A stretch of 63,696 bases of DNA, counting the filler, from Phoronis australis (Eukaryota > Animalia > Phoronida): NCBI GenBank assembly GCA_002633005.1. It is 7 parts of 7 records of this genome, joined end to end, with 100 filler letters (N's around TTAATTAATTAA, not from the genome) between each part and the next. Parts side by side here need not be neighbours in the genome. Positions count along the whole stretch, not along the records: positions 1 to 7,064 come from NMRA01002077.1; positions 7,165 to 14,580 come from NMRA01002020.1; 5 more parts are not named here. One strand, written 5' to 3'. A model generated the notes under the pieces. That model was not told the origin of the DNA. It made no database searches and worked only from the letters and a program-made list of their open reading frames with translations. Positions 1 through 11,303 of this stretch are shown piece after piece. The position numbers were made by a program, and so were the translations under genes. How positions within the stretch are numbered: the first letter of the stretch is position 1; every line of letters starts with the position of its first letter.

Positions 1-553
1 GAGCCACTGGGCTCCGCAACTTCTGAATAAAATTTGTGAGTTTTCAGAAGTTTCGATTTGTAATCTGTGCGTCAAGCAATTCACCTGGATGAAGGACGGT
101 GTCCATCAAGTAAAAATATTTCAACATCGGTTTGTTTTTGAAATTTCAATTTTCTGTCGATACATCGACAGAGGGGCTGCCGAAGTGCGGAAAAACACTG
201 AATTTAACTTCTCATAAACATAGAGTCATTTTAAAACGCTAAAAAGTGACATCAGTGCATACAGGGCTGTCAACTTTTTCACTCCTCGCCAACTTTGCTC
301 AAGGACTGTAACAGTAATAATAAACTTTGTTTATAGAAAATAAAATACAATAAACGATTGATGTGACCAGAGCCAGCTAAACTTACTTGCATTTACCACA
401 TCGGGCCACATCAACATCGCCACGAACAACTCCTCTGGTTTTGAAGATTTTATGAACTATGTGAACGTTGTTTTAGTCTAATATTTATTAATACAAAAGT
501 TTTCTGACGGTTAGGTGTAGTATCGTTACAACGAGACGCCACACTGCATGTAC

Positions 554-850
554 CTTCCTCTTTCGCTCCATCCTGTCAATGTTATCCCCATCTTGGTAGC
601 TATGTTTCCCGTGCACTATGACCTCACGCCCATCCATGTTAACCGTGATGTCATCGTTGGTGAAACCTCTCATATCTACAACCTGCAACCATTTATCCGT
701 CTCCAGACGACGGTGGTGATGATGGTGGTGGTGGTGATGAGGGTGACCGGCGCCCCAAGATGGTTGATACCAGTCGTGTTCGTATGTGGGCCACGTGGGC
801 CACCAAAGTTCATCCTCGAACTCATACGGCCACAAACGAAGGACAGACAT
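554..850 (-). CDS. Small heat-shock protein (HSP20/alpha-crystallin family), first coding exon; remainder not identified in window
   Basis: ATG at 850; MSVLRLWPYEFEDELWWPTWPTYEHDWYQPSW...H9...KWLQVVDMRGFTNDDITVNMDGREVIVHGKH...RMERKRK resembles the alpha-crystallin domain start (F.V.LDV..F.PEEI.V......L.V.GKH); ends at AAG|GTACAT donor (phase 0, 99 codons). Confidence 0.8.
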
Positions 851-3800
851 GTTACTGCAATATTCAGAACGGAATTGATTGACCAAAAAATATAAAGAGT
901 CCTTGGGCGTATTTAGATTCACGCGCCCACATCCGAAATAGTACCTTATTGAATGAATTTTGCCCAACGGTTTTACCCATATGCGCACGCGCCTAAACTT
1001 CACTAAAAACGAAGGTAGTTGCTCTTTTTAAACGCGCATGTCTTAAACTGGGTGTCTGGTGGCTTCATGTTTGAACCTGCATTTGTATAGCCAGCCACAA
1101 AAAACGAAAATCGAATTAGACCTATTTTTTGCTCATAAAATTGGTCTAATGATATTCCATGATGTGATAGGATTTTAACACCACAACCGATTCAAGTCAC
1201 TCAAGGTGACGTGGCGCGGCAAAATAAGTTTAACGTTAAAGTGAAACACAGATAAGCCAACTTTCATTCACATGGTATTCTAGCCCCACTTATTTCTGTG
1301 CTGCGCCGCCCATGGTTTCTCAAAACATTCCAAGAAAATATATAACAGTAGGCCTAATAAAACAAACGCGTTGCAAAGTATGAGGTGAAGCAGAGACCGT
1401 CGTCTTTGGGAGAAGTAAGCATTTTTGGGAACGTTCAGATATGCAATAAGACCAAGGCCATCACCTATTTGACTTATCTACGAGGTTTTACAGTACTCGA
1501 GTATTTCGCATTGGCCGTTCACCTAAGTTTGGGTCGCAAGCACGGCTTCACGTAATGGCTAAAAAACGCGTACATATGACAGTACAACTCCTAGTTTAGA
1601 TGTCAAGTATGCCCTACCAGGCTGTCTAATGATATTCACCTCTGAACTCTGAAATCGAGAAGATACATGATAAATGAAAGATAGTGTCGACATTTTGACT
1701 TTTTGATTAGGATAAGTATAGAACCAAAGTGCCTGCAGGCCTCCCTACCTTAATTTCCAGTTTTTTGAAGAAGACGTCCGTTGAAAGTATTGTGTGATAT
1801 AGGCCTACAAATTACTAAAATGTTACTAGTGTGTTCAATGTTTTTTGCTGTTTTACAAGGCACGTGCTTTGAGAACACGACATGGATGACCGGCCGTGCG
1901 TACCACGAGAGCATAGAACTCAAGTTTCTTTGACGTATCTATGAAGAGGGCACGTAGAGTAAGATAGTTGCTACTCTGGTACCCGCTGTAGATATTTTAA
2001 ACTTAATTAACAAATGAACAAGAGCAAAAATACAATATTGCATTTTTTAACAACCTCTAGTTGCATTTCGCCCTGTTTATCTGGCTAAAGTAAAAATGAA
2101 ATTGGTCTTAATTGTTAAAATCAGTCTCAATATTCCTTATCTTGCACCAACTCAAGGTCATGCCTACACGCGTCATTTTCGAATTCGCAATTTTACAGTT
2201 GCCCAACCACAATAAACTTTAAAGCGTTTCCTCATGTAGCTGATGGTTTCGATGTTCATGTTGCACTGAGTTACGGAAACAGCTGTCAAATGGACTCTGG
2301 GAGAATTTTAGGAGGGCCATGGCTCCCTTGTTCCCCTACCCCCTAAATCCCCACTGAGAGTTGGTTGTCCTCCCGTGTATATTGTTAACCGTAAGTTATC
2401 ACCGGGATCTGGTGATTATGAAAACCAGAAACCCCAATACCAAAGTTCAGATTTAACCCCATCTTTCATAAACCTCATATTTTCATGTGTTAGTTGATCA
2501 CCTTACTCATGCAATACTCAATCCTATAACTAGTGCAAATTACTTGGCAGCTATACTTTGACATCCATCATTTTTATCATGTGAAGGTCGCACAGCTTTT
2601 CTGGTCACTGCTGACCAATATCATCTGCATATTTAAGGCACTAAAGGGAGCTAGTTGCAGTGAATTTACTAATATATAAAAATCGGTCAATATCAATTGC
2701 TGAAACAACGTGTATTCGACTTTCTGGTGGCTGAAATTCATCAGACAAAATGAAAATTCGCCGATCCACCGATTTCTTAGAGATTTAATATAGAATGGCA
2801 AAATAATCTAGCGCACTTTGCTGTTTGGAGCCAAATGATAGAATTTACCCCCCCCNTTTCCCCCCCCCCCCCAGTGATTCAGCGTGCATCTAAGTTCATT
2901 GAAGCATCGTCATTTTCTTAAAAGATTAGCTTCTAATCAGTCGATTTTCGTAGCTATAAACATGTAAATCTGAAACCAATAAGATCTCACAGGTTACCGG
3001 GAGAAAGAGGCCTTGACACAATGGGTTTTAGTGTTTGAGTTAAAGTTGCATTTTGCCATGTTCAGCTGCCTACCGGGATTTTTCGTAGATAATCCCAAGG
3101 GCATGTTCGGAAAATGAAAAATTTCAGGCGTCGTAGTAACACCAAATAAACCTCCGGGCATTTATTCAGAAAAGGGGGCCGTGTAAACGTTTTGCTGACT
3201 TTGACATTTTACTTAAACTGTGTTTTTAAATTTTATGTTAATAAATGCATAGTTCGCATTACCTCGTTGTTTTTATAAGTGATAAATGTTCCATAAAACT
3301 GAATTTGTGTGAAAAATTGACTGGGAGTGGGCTTTTAAGAGGAAAATTTCCTAATAAACGCCTCACTATCTGCACACTCGACACCAAAAGTTGTAACACC
3401 AAACAAACGCCCATGGGCGTTTCATCTGGTAGGCTTATCTACCGATAACTCACTAAGCGAAAATGGAATTAGGCCTTTACTCTCAGAAAATCGGTGTCAT
3501 AACATTTTTTACTGTGTTAGCATTTGAGGGTGCGATTGTCTGACAGGCAAAATCCTGGCTAATACTCTGCCCTGCCCCCCCATCCTGGATCCGCCCCTGA
3601 CTCTACCCTAAGCCGGAGGGACGTTTTTGGACAAACTATAGCTGCCTAAATTCTGCCATGAAAAGACACTCTTATTTGATTGACAGACCAATTCCATAAT
3701 CTGACCACAAAACGCTCTCCATCAACGCGTCTTTCCTTAACTGAAAAGCTTATGTACGATTTCAGAAAAGTGACGGGGAGGAAAAGAGGCAATTCTTTCC

Positions 3801-4865
3801 ATCACTGACCCCTCCGTGACCCCTAGATGTGAGTGACCAGGCCCGACCCAAATCACTACTGAGCACGACTGCTACCAGTGTCGCTCCACTCTGGTCTTCT
3901 TACTATAGAAGCAAATTTCGCTGCGCCTTCCGTTCTTTTAGCGACTCTTGGCCTAGTGCCGACCCCAATAATGACCCGGCAAAGTGTCAATTAAGTAACC
4001 GGCGCAAATTCGAATTAATGTTCAAATTCTGTTTGGCAAAATTTGTCCGGCCGAAACATCTAGAACAGCAAATCGGACTCTTACGAAGCCTTTGGATAGG
4101 CCTACTGTGTTCAAAGGACTTATAGAAATATTGCTTTCCTGAAGTTCCACTTTTTGGCCGCCGGGCGCGACGGGCAGCCTAAATGAACGAACAGTGGCAC
4201 GATCGATATCAGTAGGGCAAAAGTGAAAAGGCGCATTTTAAAAATGTGTCGATTATTGACGGAGAAATCGAGACATTTCCGCGCAACGAAAAACCCGCGG
4301 AAACATCCTAATCATGCGCGGCCTGAACCTGCATCGCAAGCGTTCGCTTTCCGGAACAATCGGTGCGCAAACCTCAAATCGGACCTCCGCCAACCTAGCT
4401 GGGAACGTAGGCCTACCTGCCGCGCTCCCTGTCTTCCACAGTACGGAGGCCGTGCTCCGGCTCCGATAGTTATGCATATGTGTACCACGGCAATCGAACA
4501 CATACACAACAAGGGACACGACTGCCAAGGCGGAATCGGCGACGATGAACCCGCCGATCGAAGAGCCAAGTCGGGGCAGACCATCACCTAAAGACCTGTA
4601 AAGCCTAACTTCAACAGAATTTTGTTACTTTAGATGTATTAGGCTAAACCGATAGTCCTAGCCAAGGTTTGGTAAAATAAGAAAACGCGAGTTCAATCAC
4701 GCAAGTGTAAGCCCGTCAAAGGATAAGTGAAGCTGCCTTTTCGTGCCATGTTGCGTCACCGCGAGATCCCACCACAAACAACAAAAGTTTGTATTGCCGT
4801 GAATAGGGGTCTGAATATAGAACACCATTGCGTGCGGGTGTTATTCGCAGCTGTTTGACTTAAAA

Positions 4866-5312
4866 GGTGATTCTCGCGGTGACGTAGACAAAAGCACTCC
4901 AATACGCCTAACAGCTCGTTACATTTGGCAATATTAATGGCACTAGTGGGCTCAGAGCGAGGCTCTTAACATACTGTAGGAACCAAATTCACAGGTGTTA
5001 CCGTTGAAGATAGGCTGAACTGAACTACGTAGTTTTCTTAACTGAATAACAGGCATTTAGCTGATTTCCAAAGTTTTTGACACCTATAAGTGACAAGCTT
5101 TGATGATTTTCATTTCATGGTTTATCACGTGTCCCCATTTCTAACGTATTTTTTTACAAAATTACAAAACTTGAACGTGCAAAATTCTGGTGATTCTCGC
5201 AGTGACGTAGACCGTAAGCAAGCAAATGCGCCTAACAGTTCATTACATTTGGCAATTTATGGAATTAGTGGGCTAAAAGCGATGCTCTTAACATACGTAC
5301 TGTAGAAACCAA
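4866..5312. repeat. Diverged ~120-bp direct repeat pair (4866-4986, 5189-5312)
   Basis: Both copies read GGTGATTCTCGC.GTGACGTAGAC...CCTAACAG...TTACATTTGGCAAT...AGTGGGCT...GCTCTTAACATAC...TGTAG.AACCAA. Confidence 0.7.
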
Positions 5313-5510
5313 TACATGTGTTACGGTTTAAGATGTGCTTCACATACATGTCACGACAGGGTTCATGGCGGGGGCCCAAAGGGACAAACAACTGGCACAC
5401 AGCCAAGTCCGGTCGCCAGACTAGTGCCACCAATTGGACTTTGGCGCATGCTTCGGATCAGTCCATGATAATAAAATCTATTTCGTCGCCCAAGCTGTAC
5501 CTTAATTAGA

Positions 5511-6130
5511 CACAAACGGCCAAAAAAACGACACATTTCTGGGAAATTTGAAACTTTTTCAACGCAACGTTTCCGAACTAAAGCGACACAAATGGCCAAT
5601 AATCGACAATTTTCTGGATTTAGAAATTTTTACGCGTACGCTGCCGCGACGGCCCTGGGGCAGACCTGCAGGGGGCTGCAACGCTCCGCGTCTCGGCCAA
5701 CGCAGACCCCGAAGGCCGCCAGGACTTCAGTTGACCGCGTGGACCGCCGTCTGGGGCCCGTTTAGACCTAGCCGAGACACGACTAGGGCCGGGATTGTAT
5801 CCCGGCTCGCCGCTCGACCCCGCTATGTTTGCTCTGGCTTTTACGTTCAGTTTTCAAGGCACCTTTCGAGAAAGTGACACAAATGGCCGCAATAAACGAC
5901 ACATCGATTTCTCAGTTTTCAACGCAACGTTTCTGAAAGCGACACAAATGGCCAATATTCGACACATTTCTCTGAGACTTTGAAAATTTCGCACATACGC
6001 AGGGACATGCAGACCTGCAGGGGGATGCCGCTCGACCTCAGTCAGCGCAGACCTCCCAGGCCGACTCGACTTGACCGCGTGAACTGCCGTCTGGGGACTT
6101 TTCACACTGAGATAGCCGGGACACGACTAG
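5511..6130. repeat. Diverged ~260-bp direct repeat pair (5511-5786, 5877-6130), probably DNA-transposon derived
   Basis: Shared GACACAAATGGCC, TCAACGCAACGTTTC, CAGACCTGCAGGGGG, TTGACCGCGTG..CCGTCTGGGG and terminal GACACGACTAG. Confidence 0.65.
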
Positions 6131-6950
6131 AATCACTCAACATAAAGTTTGATTTTGCCGATATCGCTGCTTATGCTTATAAAATCATATTTTTCCTTCG
6201 TAGAAATCATGATGGTGAAACCAAAAGAAACCTAGTCCGTTGGAAATTCACCGAGGGAAAAATTTTGCAACATTATTTTCTCAATTTTTTACCGCAAGAA
6301 ATAACCGTCTGATTAATTTGAATTCTACCGTATTAGCAATTTCGTTGAATGATTACCTGGTATACATTTTCATTCACCAACACTACAATCATCACCCGAC
6401 CTCCGAGACGGTCCCTAGCGCGTCACTTGTGTTCCCCGACAAGGCCGCGGTTTATCAACTGAACTGAAGTCGACTTTTACTGATGATGCATGATTAATCA
6501 AAAATTTACTAGTTGCATGCCGAGAAAACTAGTGTAACAGTGTTTAAGAGAGGTTTAATCCTTGATATTTATAATAAACGATAATTAGTCATATTATTGC
6601 TGCAGTCGTTTTGCTATGACTTTCCCTTTACGTTTTAGTACTAAATTTCACCGGCGGGCGTCGTCGTAACCAAATTCTGACACTCGAAAATCCGAGATAT
6701 AGGCAGAGACCGTTAACGTGACACTCATGAAGTGACTTTCACTGAGTTGACTTTGATCATCGCTTTTTGACTAAATCTAAGAACCATCTCCTACTGGTTC
6801 CTAGGTTAAATGCACGTACTTATTGGTAAGGTCCTGCATAACCTTACATGGGCTTGGACGGAGGTACAGTGAGGGTAATCTCGCTTCTTGGCATGTGCAT
6901 GAGCCCAATGAGCTATTTTTGCATCATTGAGTGAGCCTCCCTTGCGAGTC

Positions 6951-7029
6951 ATGGCGGGATGGAGAAGCAGAAGAGACATCTGGTGGAGAATTCAAAGAAG
7001 TTGCCGCTTTTTCACGATGATTACCGAGG
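6951..7029 (+). CDS. Possible upstream exon of a small unknown gene
   Basis: ATG at 6951 gives 26 codons +1 nt to G|GTGGGT, phase-compatible with the 7290 exon; an alternative ATG at 6959 (MEKQKRHLVENSKKLPLFHDDY) is not directly phase-compatible; an assembly spacer lies in the intron. Confidence 0.3.
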
Positions 7030-7064
7030 GTGGGTGATTCCAAGATGCACTATTTTTAGCTCAC

Positions 7065-7164
7065 NNNNNNNNNNNNNNNNNNNNNNNNNNNNNNNNNNNN
7101 NNNNNNNNTTAATTAATTAANNNNNNNNNNNNNNNNNNNNNNNNNNNNNNNNNNNNNNNNNNNN
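7065..7164. other. Artificial 100-bp scaffold spacer (N44-TTAATTAATTAA-N44); also at 14581, 33513, 38321, 42774, 62239
   Basis: Identical structure six times; core gives stops in all frames. Confidence 0.95.
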
Positions 7165-7289
7165 CAAACTCGACCGGTCAGGGTGTCTAAGTAGGGTTCT
7201 ATTGATGACTGTTGTTAATTTAAAATTGTATCCTCAATTTGACTTTATAATATTAACCAATATCAAAATGTTCACTTTCTACATTTCAG

Positions 7290-7555
7290 AAGACAAGAAA
7301 GCGGAAATATACATCCCTCCTAAACCTGAGACACCTCCACCAGTCAAGCCAAGGGAGGTACCTCGCCTTTCGATATTCGATCTCAGCTCGTTTCGGCGGG
7401 AGCAATTGCCATCAGATCCAAACTCAATAGAGGCACTTGCACAGTGCAGCTACTTAAGAAGCTACGATCTTGGAGCAGCAAAATCAAAAGAACGTGCAAC
7501 GGATAAAATATCAAGCTGGGATGCAGCAAATAAACAATACGTAAAAAGGGTGTGA
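7290..7555 (+). CDS. Putative terminal coding exon of an uncharacterised protein
   Basis: Pyrimidine-rich acceptor TTTCTACATTTCAG at 7289; open frame EDKKAEIYIPPKPETPPPVKPREVPRLSIFDLSSFRREQLPSDPNSIEALAQCSYLRSY...VKRV*; AATAAA downstream (~7719, ~8059). Confidence 0.55.
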
Positions 7556-8668
7556 AGGAGACAGCGGCAATGCTCTACAAACACCATTTGTAATCCCCAG
7601 TGCCAAAAGTAACAAAGGATTTTCGAACAAGTTCCGTGTCACAAGAATTCCCATGTGTCGCACTGTGGAAATCGTAGGACCTTTTTATAGCATTCGATGA
7701 ACAATAACGTTACGCTAGAATAAATTCTAGTTTTCGACATGACATTGCTTTAAGATAAATACATGTTATATTTTACGTACATAATGAATACTCTCGATTA
7801 TTTTATCAAGACTCGGGATTTAAAAGCCCTAAACGTGAACGAAGCCTGAAATTTCAACAAGCGTAGCAACTACAAAGAAGTGACCACTTTTATATGCATA
7901 CACGTAATTTACGTAATGGTGTTCAATAAGGTTTCTACCTGTAGCCAAAGTCTGGAGATATTTATTTACAGAAAGGCTATTATTACAAAATCCTTTAATT
8001 TCCATGCGTTGCCAATAATGTACAGGTAATGAAAACGGTTGGAATTCACAACTTGCGCAATAAAACAGTGTAGTGGGGTTCAGAAAAATTATCCTGCTCT
8101 TCAGAAGATGAAAAGGAACTTAGAATAAGGAGAAAATAATTAAAGATCATGATTTGTAGATATCAAGTGAAAGGGGCATAGGGTGGAAAATACGTTCTAA
8201 GAGTTAGACACTGCTAGGTATGCCTTTTTGATGCCAAGAAACGTACAGATAAGCTCTGACGTTATCAAGTTTTACCAGTCTCCCGAAATTTATGAGCTCC
8301 AACAAGTCTTTCTAGAAATCTTAATGACTTTAAGATCACTGAATATCGAGGATTTCTCTCTATTCACGAAACTTGCAGCAATTGCTTCAAGTTACATGAG
8401 AGTCTATTCGTAGACCTTCACCAAAACATATAATTGAAAATCTAATTAATACGTGAACAAAATGCTCTCAATATTTATACATATTCCGGACAACACGTAA
8501 CTAAATTAAAAGCCTATGTATATTGGTAGCTTTCTTGAATTTGTTAAATGCACGACGCTTTTCATTGTTCACAGTTTTTATTCCGTTACGTTCGTACTTT
8601 CGGACCAAAACTCTACTCTCAACTGAACATAGATACAGCAACTGACCTAGCGACATACTTAAAAGACA

Positions 8669-8706
8669 CACGATATTTCGAAACATACTTGTTTCATTCT
8701 TAAGTG
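8669..8706 (-). ncRNA. Degenerate minimal type-I hammerhead-ribozyme-like motif in the Penelope 3' region
   Basis: Minus strand CAC-UUAAGAAU-GAAAC-AAGUAU-GUUUC-GAAA-UAUC-GUG: stem I CAC/GUG, stem II GAAAC/GUUUC, GAAA core, palindromic AUAU helix III, AUC triplet; sense to and ~120 nt after the ORF stop. Confidence 0.5.
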
Positions 8707-9570
8707 AAGATAAAATGACGCAGTAATGCCACCACAGAGTATAAGCTGACGACACAAACAGTGAGACACGGCGAGTGTGAAATACTGCAAAGAATGACTA
8801 ATGAATTGGGGTAACAGGAAAGTCACGCAAACAAGTGTAAAGTGCGGCGCGACCCTGTTTGCTGCTCATTCAAAACAGGCTTCTCAAAAGCAATTAAAAG
8901 GGACTCTAATACTTTCAAACGCAGCACATCTTGCTCCACGTAGCAAATTGACGTGTTTTCCACAATTTCTTGACGGGTGATTTTACGTGCGTGGCATTGC
9001 AGAAAATGATCTTGAATGGCGCCATTTTGAAGATGCATGGATNGAGTATAAGCTGACGACACAAACAGTGAGACACGGCGGGTGTGAAATACTGCAAAGA
9101 AGGACTAGTGAAGGGGGGTAACAGGAAAGTCACGCAAACAAGTGTAAAGTGCGGCGCAACCCTGTTTGCTGCTCATTGAAAACAGGCTTCTCAAAAGCAA
9201 TTAAAAGGGACTCTAATACTTTCAAACGCAGCACATCTTACTCCACGTAGCAAATTGACGTGTTTTCCACAATTTCTTGACGGGTGATTTTACGTGCGTG
9301 GCATTGCAGAAAATGATCTTGAATGGCGCCATTTTGAAGATGCATGGATAACCGACGGGAAAGACTGCAAACCGTTTGACCAATGTAACGTTGTTTGACG
9401 TTTGAACGAAGGGCATACAGACTCATAAACAACACTACACTGTGCAACGGGGCGGACTTTCGCTTTTCATGACCAAGTTGGAGGACTTCCTATTCCGATA
9501 ATAAATAATAACATCGAGGTGATCATCAGGCTTACAAACTTTAACATTGTCCCTTATAATTTTCTAAACA
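8669..9570 (-). mobile_element. Degenerate 3' fragment of a Penelope-like retroelement (C-terminal GIY-YIG endonuclease)
   Basis: Frameshifted minus-strand translation KIIRDNV...DVIIYYRNRKSSNLVMK / SVVY..VCP / YIGQTVCSLSRRLSMHLQNGAIQDH...LKVLESLLIAFEKPVLNEQQTGSRRTLHLFA*; part is duplicated across the single N at 9043. Confidence 0.85.
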
Positions 9571-9967
9571 CAGTTTGAATGGTTATCACTGATCGAAAGT
9601 AAGTACAGATGCCTCAGGCTTAGTGTTGCACATAATAGTGATTGCGGTATCCAGACCTCGCCAGTTCTTTAGCAGATGTACATGTAGTAGTCAGTGCAAC
9701 TGACAAATCCACGTAATGCACGGTCCACGGCCGTCATGTAGTGTAGAATTCCCTCTGTCGTCAAGAGGCTTATTTATCTTTGATCTGAGGTCCCATTGTG
9801 TGAAATGAGTGGGGTTTCTGTTGAACTTGGGTCGGCACAGGTAAAATAACTTGATATATTGTGGATTAAAACTAGTATTTTTGTAAATATATGGCTTTTG
9901 AAAACGAAGTCCTTGTGAGAAGTTATGTTGGCGTCATTTTAAGTAAGTCATTTGGGCCTGGTCTTAA

Positions 9968-11303
9968 AGGCGAAGGCAACCTTTTTTCATGTCATTTTTA
10001 GCAAAAATGAGGTTCGTTGATTATCCCAGACATATGTTTCACTTATTTACTACTTTTCGTAATTTGTTTAATTACTCGTCGTCTACTCCGGAAGTGACGT
10101 TTTGGGAGGCAAGAATTTCGCGCCAATTTCTTTTCATGTAGTCTGACTGTGAGAGCAGTTGAGTCAGTCATTGTTCTACCTCGGTTGTGATAAATTCGGG
10201 CGTCGTTTGCTTTTGCTTACGAGTCAGTCAACATGACACACTGTTGCTGCATACTGGGGTGTACTCATTTTTGTCTCACGTACAGAGGAAGAACTGTCCC
10301 CGGCCACTTGCCCGAGTGTCCCGCTACACACTCCGACTGGAGGGTGATCTGAGCACCCAAACTGCTTAGATCCCGCCGTGTGACTCCCTCGCCACACACC
10401 TGGCACCTTCTAAATAGCTCCAATACAAGTCCACAATAAACTTATCAAACTTAGGCTCACCGATCTGTTCATTGGATGACGAACTGTCCTCTTCACTGGG
10501 TGTTGAACTGGGCCTGTATTCACTCCCACTACTCAACATCGCTGCTGGACTACTTACAGGCTCTGGGCTAGAGACAACAGCACAGGGCGAATCTCTGCTA
10601 GTTCCCGGAATTGCACGCAATGGGGTACGTTCGGAGGCACGGGTGACAGTAGATGAAGTGCCCCCAGTCACTGTATAGTGGCCACAGCTCGCGAGGCTTC
10701 TCGCTTCAAAAACGCACTTCTCGGGGTTGGCGACGGTGCACTGCCGGGAATCAACAGCGACGGTATGGTACCCTTCTTCAGGCGTTGTTTCCCAGGGACC
10801 TTCATCAATTAAGCGTACATATCTCTGTCGTAATCTGAAGGCAGAAAATGCTTGCCACACACTCGGTAACCCTCCACTGCTTTGTACGTTGCGTGGACGG
10901 GTAGCGTTGCGTTCTTCACATGAACGAGCTAGCCAAGTACGGCGAAGCATGTCATTCTTCGGAAAGCGACGCAAGGTACCCAAAGCGCGTGTGAGACGAT
11001 AATGAGTACATCCTGGCACACAGCAACAGCGTGGCATGTTGACTGACTTGTAAACAAAAGCAAACGACGACCGAACTTATCACAACCGAGGTAGAACAAT
11101 GAGCGACTCGACAGCGCTCACAGTCAGACTATAATGAAAAAAAATTGGCGCGAAACTGTTGCCTCCCAAAACGTCACTTCCGGAGTAGAGGACGAGAAAT
11201 TAATCAAATTACGAAAAACTGTAATTAAGTGAAAAATGTGTGTGGGATAATCAACGAACCTTGTTTTTGCTAAAAGTGACATGAAAAACGGTTGCCTTCG
11301 CCT
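9968..11303 (-). mobile_element. Non-autonomous Kolobok-type DNA transposon (copy 1) with ~310-bp TIRs
   Basis: TTAA at 9964-9967 and 11304-11307; termini AGGCGAAGGCAACC...GGTTGCCTTCGCCT; TIRs ~9968-10279 / ~10991-11303; internal THAP transposase 5' remnant. Confidence 0.88.
10280..11037 (-). pseudogene. Frameshifted THAP-domain transposase N-terminus (Kolobok-type); DDE core absent
   Basis: MPRCCCVPGC...RFPKNDMLRRTW / YRVCGKHF...RLKKGTIPS (THAP C2CH and AVPT-like box), Ser-rich linker, then EPKFDKFIV / LELFRRCQVCG...ITLQSEC as in Kolobok transposases. Confidence 0.8.

Noticed and set aside
3829-4591. Cluster of overlapping 90-120 aa ORFs in a GC-richer patch
   Set aside because: No recognisable domain, no splice support, Arg/Pro/Ala-biased shadow ORFs in repeat-like DNA
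8746-8784. Plus-strand CTGACGA...GAAA hammerhead-like core
   Set aside because: Stem II register is off by one, no stem I/III closure, and it is antisense to the element
8737-9349. ~305-bp tandem duplication in the Penelope fragment, resembling a pseudo-LTR/tandem insertion
   Set aside because: Copies are joined by a single N (9043) and differ by a few SNPs, the same pattern as at 19257 and 20038; most likely unmerged haplotype contig overlap
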